16,513 nucleotides of DNA from Ginkgo biloba (taxonomy: Eukaryota; Plantae; Ginkgophyta), in NCBI GenBank assembly GCA_024626585.2, contig JANKJI020000002.1, forward strand, positions 201,509,468 through 201,525,980, in the 5' to 3' direction. This document shows positions 1 to 9,612 of this stretch, piece by piece. Under the pieces are notes generated by a model that did not search any database, had not been told where the DNA came from, and worked only from the letters and a program-made list of their open reading frames with translations. A program made the translations under genes and the position numbers. Numbering within the stretch: position 1 is the first letter of the stretch; each line of letters begins with the position of its first letter.

Positions 1-138
1 CTCTTTGTGTCTGTTCACTTGAATGCTAGAACTCTGTTTGTTTTCCTGATTAATCCATTCCTCTTGGCGAGCATTGTGCGTGAGGCTCGAGTCTCTCCCC
101 GGCGACTCGGTCAACGCGCTGTCAAGTGGTATCAGAGC
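1..138 (+). mobile_element. 3' end of an LTR (…CTGTCA at 124) followed by an initiator tRNA-Met PBS (127-138)
   Basis: Perfect TGGTATCAGAGC located 2 nt after the terminal CA. Confidence 0.85.
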
Positions 139-816
139 GGGCCCCCTGCGTGACCCCCGCTGTGCTTCATCATGTTCACTTAGCTAGAGAGTAATGGGAT
201 GGAACTATATTTCATAGCATGTCAGTAGTAGGAGAAGGTTGGTTGGTTGGAAGTAGAGGTTGGGCAATTGAGAATTCGACTGCAACATAAAGAGGAGCAG
301 GCGGAGGTAGAAATAGTTGTTGTAAGAGCACAATGGACCTCAGAGAAAAGCTAGTGGGAGGAAAAAATTAAAGACGAAACAAGTGAAGCAAGCTTAGATT
401 CTTTAGCTAGCAGCAATAATATAAAAGGAGAGCAGGACTTTAAAGAAGCAACTTGAAGAAAAAGGGGCCAAACCAATTGTAAGTCTTCCCTTCATAAACT
501 TGTTGAGTGAGTCATCCATCACCCCTTCTATTCTAATAACATCCTCCTTTTTTGAAAATTGAAGTGGTTCTAATGTTTCCGTATCATTATCCACATCTTC
601 TATTCCACCAAGTAGTGGTAGATGTAGCCCTTCAGTATCTACGAGGCATCTCTTTTAGTCATTCGCACAATACATTCTCCCACACTACTTAATCGACCAC
701 CAACTCCTTGGGGATTCTTTCCTTTTCCTACTTCTACTGTATCCATTTGCACAACCCCTATCTAAGCTTTTTGGCATTCCTTTGACAACCTTGTTCCAAT
801 CATTCAACTTGGAGGG

Positions 817-1028
817 TGAGACAAAGCTTCATGAGCAGTCATTTCGAGTAGGTTGGTCTCCTATAATGAACAAAGGTTCACAATGAAATATAATATATGA
901 TGACGGATGACTAATGTTACATAGATATGACGTCTTGTCATTTATATGACCCTTGGTGTGTTTTCCCTATAGTTTTGATTGATCATTAACAATATTTAAT
1001 AAGTAATAACGTAATTAGGTACATAACT
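817..1028 (-). repeat. 3' LTR of the nested gypsy element
   Basis: Shares long blocks with 4223-4419, e.g. gtctcctataatgaa-aaaggttcacaatgaaatataatatatg. Preceded on the - strand by the PPT. TATAAAT on the - strand at 946-940. Confidence 0.85.
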
Positions 1029-1335
1029 AGTCCCCCTTCTTAATTACATTGTCCTCAAAGCATGGATAAGGTGAGTGTTGTGCTCCAAACGACTCTTCTT
1101 CCCAAGATGTGCCTGATAGTTGACACCCATTTGAAAAGATCCATTTCTTTTGTACTAGGTTGACGAGTGCTATGTAAGGACGTGTTAGGAAATCGTTCTA
1201 TCTCATTGTTGGGGTGGTGTGGATGACAATGTGCCCTGCCATTAGTAGGGACTTCTCCTACTTCTACTTCAATTATATGCTTCTACTACACAGGTGGTAA
1301 TCTATCGAATAAATGTCCGAAGACAATCGAATGTT
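1029..1335 (-). pseudogene. Degenerate integrase C-terminus/chromodomain end
   Basis: Minus strand ...GTSWEEESFGAQHSPYPCFEDNVIKKGD* runs into the PPT, resembling the ATWE...LEDK...KGGG ending of plant chromoviral integrases. Upstream LK*K*G resembles the LKKKLG motif. Confidence 0.55.
1032..1041 (-). promoter_or_regulatory. Polypurine tract of the nested gypsy element
   Basis: Minus strand AAGAAGGGGG, 3 nt upstream of the 3' LTR. Confidence 0.75.
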
Positions 1336-2169
1336 NNNNNNNNNNNNNNNNNNNNNNNNNNNNNNNNNNNNNNNNNNNNNNNNNNNNNNNNNNNNNNNNN
1401 NNNNNNNNNNNNNNNNNNNNNNNNNNNNNNNNNNNNNNNNNNNNNNNNNNNNNNNNNNNNNNNNNNNNNNNNNNNNNNNNNNNNNNNNNNNNNNNNNNNN
1501 NNNNNNNNNNNNNNNNNNNNNNNNNNNNNNNNNNNNNNNNNNNNNNNNNNNNNNNNNNNNNNNNNNNNNNNNNNNNNNNNNNNNNNNNNNNNNNNNNNNN
1601 NNNNNNNNNNNNNNNNNNNNNNNNNNNNNNNNNNNNNNNNNNNNNNNNNNNNNNNNNNNNNNNNNNNNNNNNNNNNNNNNNNNNNNNNNNNNNNNNNNNN
1701 NNNNNNNNNNNNNNNNNNNNNNNNNNNNNNNNNNNNNNNNNNNNNNNNNNNNNNNNNNNNNNNNNNNNNNNNNNNNNNNNNNNNNNNNNNNNNNNNNNNN
1801 NNNNNNNNNNNNNNNNNNNNNNNNNNNNNNNNNNNNNNNNNNNNNNNNNNNNNNNNNNNNNNNNNNNNNNNNNNNNNNNNNNNNNNNNNNNNNNNNNNNN
1901 NNNNNNNNNNNNNNNNNNNNNNNNNNNNNNNNNNNNNNNNNNNNNNNNNNNNNNNNNNNNNNNNNNNNNNNNNNNNNNNNNNNNNNNNNNNNNNNNNNNN
2001 NNNNNNNNNNNNNNNNNNNNNNNNNNNNNNNNNNNNNNNNNNNNNNNNNNNNNNNNNNNNNNNNNNNNNNNNNNNNNNNNNNNNNNNNNNNNNNNNNNNN
2101 NNNNNNNNNNNNNNNNNNNNNNNNNNNNNNNNNNNNNNNNNNNNNNNNNNNNNNNNNNNNNNNNNNNNN

Positions 2170-2870
2170 TATGTGTAGGGTCTTTTTTGCCAACATTGCA
2201 TTGATTTTTTATTTCGGTTTGATGTGCTTTCTACATAGCTTGTGAATATTAGAAATATCATGCATTCTAACTTCTTTTCGAACTTCTTCCAATTCGCTGC
2301 TAAATGAATCTAACAAATTCTATTTCGGAACATTGCATACACAAGTGGCCTCTAATTCCCATTGATTAGTGTACTTGTCCACNNNNNNNNNNNNNNNNNN
2401 NNNNNNNNNNNNNNNNNNNNNNNNNNNNNNNNNATTCTTTGAAAAAATCAGTGATGAGTGTTTCCAATGTAAATATAATGGAACTTGATTCTTTGGACCA
2501 CCATAAGAACTAGTCATAAGCTGCACCATTAGTTGTAGTGCAACGATATTAATATGTTCTTTATCCATTTGAAGTGGGTTACGTTTGAAATAGTCTTTGC
2601 CTCCTTTTTGTTTTCTCTATTGAAATTGGCAATTCCATCTTAATGTTAATTCTAGTTGTTGCCGGATAATGAGGTGGAGTTGTTTGTTGTGGTGATTGTG
2701 GGATGGTTATGAATCCTTATATACCTGGTTCCTAAACCCCCTTGCAATTGCCTGATTAGATCAAAGATTTCGTCCATCGTGCATGCATTTTTGTCAACTA
2801 CTTTGTTATTTGATCCCCCCATGTTTCTCTTTGATGCATATTTTGGTTCAATTCTGTGTTTATCAGCATG
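2170..2870 (-). pseudogene. Degenerate Ty3/gypsy gag
   Basis: Frameshifted fragments EHINIVALQL, LWWSK, VDKYTNQWE..ATCVCNVP and ELEEVRKEVRMHDISNIH resemble the retrotransposon gag core. Position and orientation fit, downstream of the PBS. Confidence 0.65.
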
Positions 2871-3692
2871 ATTNNNNNNNNNNNNNNNNNNNNNNNNNNN
2901 NNNNNNNNNNNNNNNNNNNNNNNNNNNNNNNNTGATTTGGGTATCTGATGCATCTACAATTATATAATCACTATCATTTATATAATCGTTGAACTTTTAC
3001 AACAGACATTATATATTAATATTAGAATATTCTTATTTTAATTAAAAAATTAGAAATAATCAAATGATTTTTGTTGCTGCAAAGTCTGCATGCTCATTTT
3101 TTGGAACTGTTTTTGATGTGTGTGGCCCTGAATTCAACGGACTGTGTACAGATGCCTGATGATGGCGATTCAAATATGAAATGTGGCATGAATATGGAAA
3201 GGAGGTGACCAATCTGCAAGCTTCTGTCTTGACCACATGTTGATAAGAAAAAAATTAGTTGCGAATTTAGAAGGGAGATGAATCAGAGATAGCATAATGG
3301 AATGAATGGAAGGCACAAGAAAACTGCAAGAAGATGAAGGGCGAAGTTTGAAGTTGGAGAGAGAAAAAACACGAATGAAAATGGAGAACTGATACTGAGC
3401 AAAGCAGAAATGCAAGGCCCAAAAGACGGGTGATGGAAAATGGATGGGACAAAAGGCCAGATGCGCACAGACCTGCAACCATGAGAGGAACAGATATAAC
3501 GTAGACAGAGAAGATAGGAGTATTCAGGTGGAAATATAATGGCTAGGAAGTTCAGGGAAAGAGATGAGAGGAACAGATGGTAGTATACCAGATGGAAGGG
3601 AAACAACAAAATTGAAGGAGACGTGCATGAATGAAAGGTGGTTGGAAGGAAAGGGGAGGTGAGATCACTTGAACAGAGATTATTATTTTTCT

Positions 3693-4058
3693 AAGGAAAC
3701 TACCATATCAAATAATTCTCCTATCTCATCTTATTTCCATCCCATCTCTAGTCTTTCATTTTGTTCTCATCTCCTATTTCTATTCTCATATCATCTTGTT
3801 CCTATCTCTTGATTCAATTTTTTATCTCCTATCTCATTCCTATATCTATCCTCTATTCTTGTCTCCCCTTTATTCTTTATTTCCATTTAACCTTCATTCT
3901 CTAAATTTTTCATTTTTGTTCTTTATTTTTGTCTCATCTCCTATCCAGTTCTTATTTTTCATCTCTATTCCTATCACTATTTATTATTCCTATCCTATGC
4001 CCACTTCCTATCTTGTTTTTGTCCCATTTTCATCTCCTATCTCTCGCCTCATTTTTGT
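3693..4058. repeat. Pyrimidine-rich low-complexity segment built from catctcctat/ctcctatctc-like units; probable insertion
   Basis: The motif recurs near 3718, 3768, 3826, 3935 and 4031. The segment plus the following gap is bracketed by an exact 22-bp direct repeat (3671-3692, 4159-4180). Confidence 0.6.
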
Positions 4059-4208
4059 NNNNNNNNNNNNNNNNNNNNNNNNNNNNNNNNNNNNNNNNNN
4101 NNNNNNNNNNNNNNNNNNNNNNNNNNNNNNNNNNNNNNNNNNNNNNNNNNNNNNNNNNGAACAGAGATTATTATTTTTCTTTTTAATTTTTAAAGGTCAA
4201 CTGAAGTG

Positions 4209-4220
4209 GCTCTGATACAA
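4209..4220 (-). promoter_or_regulatory. Primer binding site (initiator tRNA-Met type), one mismatch
   Basis: Minus strand TTGTATCAGAGC versus canonical TGGTATCAGAGC, 2 nt after the LTR-terminal TCA. Confidence 0.8.
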
Positions 4221-4222
4221 CT

Positions 4223-4419
4223 TGAGACGGACCTTTGTGAGCAACCCCTTCGAGTAGGCCAGTCTCCTATAATGAAGAAAGGTTCACAATGAAATATAAT
4301 ATATGTTGATGTCATGTATATATGATGGCTTGTTATTTATATGACTGTGTCTTTTTCCTATAGAAGTGACTATTCATCAATAATATCTAATAAGTAATGT
4401 TCTGATTAGGAACATAGCA
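4223..4419 (-). repeat. 5' LTR of the nested gypsy element
   Basis: Minus strand reads TGCTATG...GTCTCA (TG...CA), followed 2 nt later by the PBS. TATAAAT on the - strand at 4341-4335. About 80% identical to 817-1028 by hand alignment. Confidence 0.85.
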
Positions 4420-4784
4420 GAGGAATGTACTTCTAACAATATCGTGGGGGGGTGTAACTATTCCAGTTTCTTGACTTGTTGAGCCTACTAGAAGTTCTGG
4501 GACTCCTATGATTCAAGATTTGAATGTTAACCAAACCTTGGACTCAACTATCAAAGCTACAACGAAGATACCAGAGCCCTCCTCTACAGTGCAAAGTCTT
4601 GCTCCTTTTGTACCAGCTACTCCAATTTCATTAGTATCATCACTTGCGGGTATTTTAGAACCAGTTACAGCTACAACACTGGCTCTAGTAGCTGCTGACA
4701 CTCCAACAACCACTACTACTACAATGATTGGTTCTTGTAATGTTGGCCCACTTAGTTTTGAGTGGGCGTTTTCTTCTTTCCATT

Positions 4785-5369
4785 AGGAGGGAGAGATGTT
4801 AGTGGTTGACTTGATATAATTTATAAAAATAATCATTGCTTGTCTTAGGTACTTGCCTTAGCAAGGACCTTTCCTAGTTAGGGCTTGTCAAGACTTAGGA
4901 CTTGTCCGCATACTGCAATTAGTTGACAGTAGGGAAGCTGCATAGGATGTAACAATATGATGGTTGATGAGGCAGTACCTTGCCCCTTTGGGAGTATGGC
5001 ATTGTCTCCCTTTCTCTATCACTATTAGAGAGAGAATCATATTTATTGCTTGTAACTATTGATCCCTTTTGTCTGTTTGTGGCATTCTCCACATTATAGT
5101 CTCTTAACGAAGATTTTGAGGGGATGTGGTTCTAACTGAACCTGCACTTTAGTTGACCTCTCAGGAGGAGGAGATTTTGACCTTGAGCTTCGCTAGTCAT
5201 AGCAGCATAAGAATATTTGGCATTGGTATTTTGAGAGTTGACTTTTCCCCTTGTTTGAGTTCATTTTCGTTTTGCTTAACCAGCTGTGGCTTTACTAGAG
5301 AAAGGCTCAGCATCAGGAGTTGGGTCTTTTTCAACTAGGTCTTTCACCATAAGTGGGCGGTATCAAAGC
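4785..5369 (+). mobile_element. Probable LTR (4797 to ~5352) preceded by a PPT (4785-4796) and followed by a degenerate PBS-like motif (5358-5369)
   Basis: AGGAGGGAGAGA lies immediately before TGTTAG. Repeated tagg(t/g)(a)cttg(t/c)c motifs at 4845-4910 are U3-like. CGGTATCAAAGC has 2 mismatches to the Met-i PBS. Confidence 0.5.
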
Positions 5370-5748
5370 ATATGNNNNNNNNNNNNNNNNNNNNNNNNNN
5401 NNNNNNNGATGTTATCACCATACTTTATTTTGATTCCCCGCTTGTAATATTTCGAGAGATCTACATCCACAACAATTTAGCTCAGGGCAGAAAGCCTGAA
5501 AGATTTATCACACAAATTTCTTTTAAGGCTTAACTAAAGCTTGCATAAACTGCTAATAGGTCATTGGAAGACCTGGAAACTCAATCGAGGTTGGGCATCT
5601 GTATGAAACTGCATCTTCAACTGGGAAGCTTTTAATCCAGCAGTTAATAACAACTAAATTACAATGACAGCCCCATGAGGAGTACCTCTTTGAAGTTAGT
5701 TGTAGTATAAAAGATGAAAGAGTAGTGGGTTGCTAGAATATTCCATCC

Positions 5749-5870
5749 ATGGATTTCCCAGATTTCGTTAATCAAATTCCTTGAAGTAATTTTCTTATAT
5801 ACAATATCAATGGATTTCCCATCTTTCTATAATCAAAGTCCTTGAAGCAATTTCCTTTTATAGAATATCA
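5749..5870. repeat. 61-bp tandem duplication, 2 copies
   Basis: 5749-5809 and 5810-5870 both read atggatttccca…aatatca; 9 mismatches in 61 by hand, no indels. Confidence 0.9.
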
Positions 5871-8718
5871 AAATGCAAAGGATCAATGATAATAACCAGG
5901 AATGTTTGCTCATCTCATGGTAAACCTTCTAGACAAAGTTTTGGTTTTCTTTGTTGTCATTCTCAGCTCCAATCTTCACACCTCCAGGAGTAGAGACAAA
6001 TTCCCCAACAGTAGAGGTATTCAAGTTCAAAGGCATATGATGTATGTCACTTTGTTCCTTGGAAACCAGATGGCTAGGCTGAAATGCCCCAAGGAAAGAC
6101 CAAAGGCCTATAACCAGTATGCTGACTTCACAGCAAGGCCTGTGATTGAAAGGACAGTGATAATTAACACATGGATCAGATCAAGATTCATCTGAAGTGG
6201 CCTACAATCAATCATATAGTTGTATTCACTACCAAACTGTACAATAAACGCTTTTTTCATATGATCATGGACCATTGGTAGTCCAATTCCCTGTAATTAT
6301 TTGAAAGGTTCATGATTATTTAGGTTTTTGTTATGAGAAAATTTTAATAGTTTAGGACTTATATTCGGAAGTTGACATATCTCAAGGTCAAGATATGGGT
6401 GGCTATGATAGATGACCCAAGTGCGAAAGGTCCTAGGGTGTTGGGCAAGGAGAAAGGTACCCGGGTAGTTGGTGATTCCTTTATGTAGATTTCTTTCTTA
6501 CAGTTTAATATATTACTTTGCTTGTAGTCTATTTAATGACCATTATGATCAAATTATTATAGTAGTTTACTATATTTTGTCTTAAGAAATTCCATTCATT
6601 NNNNNNNNNNNNNNNNNNNNNNNNNNNNNNNNNNNNNNNNNNNNNNNNNNNNNNNNNNNNNNNNNNNNNNNNNNNNNNNNNNNNNNNNNNNNNNNNNNNN
6701 NNNNNNNNNNNNNNNNNNNNNNNNNNNNNNNNNNNNNNNNNNNNNNNNNNNNNNNNNNNNNNNNNNNNNNNNNNNNNNNNNNNNNNNNNNNNNNNNNNNN
6801 NNNNNNNNNNNNNNNNNNNNNNNNNNNNNNNNNNNNNNNNNNNNNNNNNNNNNNNNNNNNNNNNNNNNNNNNNNNNNNNNNNNNNNNNNNNNNNNNNNNN
6901 NNNNNNNNNNNNNNNNNNNNNNNNNNNNNNNNNNNNNNNNNNNNNNNNNNNNNNNNNNNNNNNNNNNNNNNNNNNNNNNNNNNNNNNNNNNNNNNNNNNN
7001 NNNNNNNNNNNNNNNNNNNNNNNNNNNNNNNNNNNNNNNNNNNNNNNNNNNNNNNNNNNNNNNNNNNNNNNNNNNNNNNNNNNNNNNNNNNNNNNNNNNN
7101 NNNNNNNNNNNNNNNNNNNNNNNNNNNNNNNNNNNNNNNNNNNNNNNNNNNNNNNNNNNNNNNNNNNNNNNNNNNNNNNNNNNNNNNNNNNNNNNNNNNN
7201 NNNNNNNNNNNNNNNNNNNNNNNNNNNNNNNNNNNNNNNNNNNNNNNNNNNNNNNNNNNNNNNNNNNNNNNNNNNNNNNNNNNNNNNNNNNNNNNNNNNN
7301 NNNNNNNNNNNNNNNNNNNNNNNNNNNNNNNNNNNNNNNNNNNNNNNNNNNNNNNNNNNNNNNNNNNNNNNNNNNNNNNNNNNNNNNNNNNNNNNNNNNN
7401 NNNNNNNNNNNNNNNNNNNNNNNNNNNNNNNNNNNNNNNNNNNNNNNNNNNNNNNNNNNNNNNNNNNNNNNNNNNNNNNNNNNNNNNNNNNNNNNNNNNN
7501 NNNNNNNNNNNNNNNNNNNNNNNNNNNNNNNNNNNNNAAATTCGCTGTCGTCCATTTTGTGGAATGAAAATGTAACTTTCCATGGTGAAAGAATGGAGAC
7601 CATAGAAGACACTAATTTTCAAAACATTTATTCAGGCAATCTGAACCAGTTAAGTTGAGTTTTGATACCCGAGTTAGGTAATTCAAAGATAAGCAACCAT
7701 ACCTTCAGTAAATGGTAAAGATCCAAATTACAAAACATCCTAACCATCAGTTTCATCCATCTTAAATGTTGAAAAAAAAACAACTTAAGGAGGAATGCCT
7801 CTATATTTGTTCATGAAAGTATATTTGCACTGAGGGCAGAACTACTCTTAAAAACATCCCAGTGGGAATGTTAAGGAGGAAGAAGATTCTTAAGTTTGTG
7901 GTGTGCAGTAAGCATACCTTGTCTTCTATGAGTGTTGTTCTGGATCACTAGATGAATTAGTTGCTCCTTTTAGTGTATGTGTAAATACTTCTGTAAAAAG
8001 TAGATCACTGGATGACACCAGCACCTTAAAGGTTACTCCATCAACTGTATGCTTGGATAAGACAGTGCCTGCTTTTTCTGAGTCTGTCTGTTGCCTCTTG
8101 AAATTAGCCCCTTTTAATATATTTAAGTGTATTGTCAGAAAACATATACTTGTCACTTGACTTTTGCCCATTTTCATGATAATTTTAAAGACTGGTATTT
8201 TGTTCTTATGAATCGTACATACTCTGGAGTCTAGTCTGACAGAATTTAGAAGAGAGTTTTCTTTTTCCTCGATACAGTGTGATTGTGATGAAATATCTTG
8301 TGTTATGCTACTACTTTATGCCATCAATGTTATCATAGAACTCCAGTGGCATTTANNNNNNNNNNGTTGGGGTTTCACTTCTGATGTTGTGACCAAGTAA
8401 GCTTTATATTGATAGATATCAGTTACAAAAAGACTACAAATAGCTCTTAAGTGGTAGCCAGAGCAGCATGCTCTCAAATCAAGTTTGCCGCCCTGACAAC
8501 AGGATTCAGGATGTTGCTTTCATTCTTGACTTCTTCCCCTTTTATCTCTGAGGACAATTCTGGAAACTCCACACTCTAGTTTAACTTTAATTGCTTTCTA
8601 AACACAAAATTAAATTTTNNNNNNNNNNNNNNNNNNNNNNNNNNNNNNNNNNNNNNNNNNNNNNNNNNNNNNNNNNNNNNNNNNNNNNNNNNNNNNNNNN
8701 NNNNNNNNNNNNNNNNNN

Positions 8719-8850
8719 TGTTTATTTCATGTGCATGCTTTGAGTTCTTCTCTCATTATTTTTGTGTTCTCTCCATTTTCTACATTCGATTATTAGATCT
8801 AATCTCTAATATCTTACATTTGGTATCAGAGCAATTATGATATCTTACAT
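8719..8850 (+). mobile_element. LTR 3' end (…ATCTTACA at 8818) plus Met-i PBS (8821-8832); internal domain absent
   Basis: Perfect TGGTATCAGAGC 2 nt after CA; T-rich U5-like sequence upstream; the LTR start is presumably lost in the 100-N gap. Confidence 0.75.
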
Positions 8851-9402
8851 AACCCAAGTGAAAACATTGTAGTAGGACAATTTTAAGCTATCACCCTTTT
8901 GGACACACACATGAAAGGCGGATGTGTCTCATAGTTGACAAGAGACCAACAATATATTGTATGCATCTTTATTATAGCAACTAGCGACATAACATGGATT
9001 GAACCCACTATCAAATGGAAGAAACAAATATTTTGCTATTGGAGGTGCTACCATAGAAGAACAATCCCTTATGATTAGAGCATTTGGGCTACAACATTCA
9101 TAAGATTATTTGGGGTATTTTGTCTCTTCCATTGGCTTCCCTATTTTCTCTGTTCCTCCTTTGATTTCTGAGGAAAATGCTGCAATCCATCTCTCATCCA
9201 TGATACACATAACCCTACTTTAATAGCTTGCTATTTCAAAATTAAGTATGAGTCTTGTCCTATAGATTCAAGGAAAAGGTTAAGATGCTTGTGGTTTAAA
9301 TCCAATTGTTATTGGACAAGTAGATACTAGATATGTGTCTTGTTCGATGATTTCTTTTTCCATGGAGCTGCAAGTTTATGACATATATTTATTCTAATTC
9401 AG

Positions 9403-9612
9403 GGTCATGAGGATTTTGATGCTGCTAGCCTTCGAGAACATGAAGAATTCACAAAAGTGAAGAACATAGTAAAGATTGAGCTTGGGAGGTATGAAATTGA
9501 GACATGGTACTTTTCACCCTTCCCTCCTGAATACAATCACTGTGAGAAATTGTACTTCTGCGAATTTTGTCTCAATTTCATGAAGCAGAAGGGACAACTT
9601 CAGAGGCATATG
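9403..9612 (+). CDS. HAM1: Internal coding exon (phase 0-0, 70 codons) of a MYST-family histone acetyltransferase, HAM1/HAM2 (Esa1/Tip60/MOF-type) like; covers the start of the MYST domain and most of the C2HC zinc finger
   Basis: Manual translation: [70 protein letters not shown]. It contains the MYST hallmarks [17 protein letters not shown] and CEFC-x12-H. Acceptor ttcAG at 9401-9402, donor GTAAGT at 9613-9618, no stops. HAM1 versus HAM2 orthology cannot be resolved. Confidence 0.96.

Larger units (their letters stand above)
817..4419 (-). mobile_element. Old Ty3/gypsy (chromovirus-like) LTR retrotransposon with ~200-bp LTRs; degenerate and probably internally deleted
   Basis: LTR pair 817-1028 and 4223-4419; PBS at 4220-4209; PPT at 1041-1032; gag remnant; chromodomain-like C-terminus; flanks GAGGG (812-816) and GAGGA (4420-4424) as a 4/5-matching TSD. 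Confidence 0.85.
172..4786 (+). pseudogene. Degenerate gag-like ORF of the + strand LTR element, split by the nested gypsy (pieces 172-816 and ~4425-4786)
   Basis: ATG at 172 follows the PBS and opens an E/K-rich coiled-coil-like frame with TAG stops, then S/T/P-rich sequence. The frame reads on across the insertion site (…FQSFNLE|ECTSNNIVGG…) into the T/A/P-rich region that includes the 4508-4786 ORF. No diagnostic domain recognised. Confidence 0.45.

Noticed and set aside
1273-2261. ~300-aa ORFs on both strands (also 6582-7622)
   Set aside because: Artefacts of translating through N runs.
3170-4215. F/S/L-rich 'membrane-like' ORFs
   Set aside because: They arise from purine/pyrimidine-skewed low-complexity DNA lacking stop codons; no domain recognised.
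5902-6195. 97-aa ATG-initiated ORF and coding-looking - strand fragments
   Set aside because: No recognisable motif, not MYST-related, and the - strand frames contain stops; a BLASTX search would be needed.
9392-9402. CTAAT close to the acceptor, suggesting a U12-type intron
   Set aside because: It does not match TCCTTAAC, it is too close to the AG, and the upstream donor is not visible.
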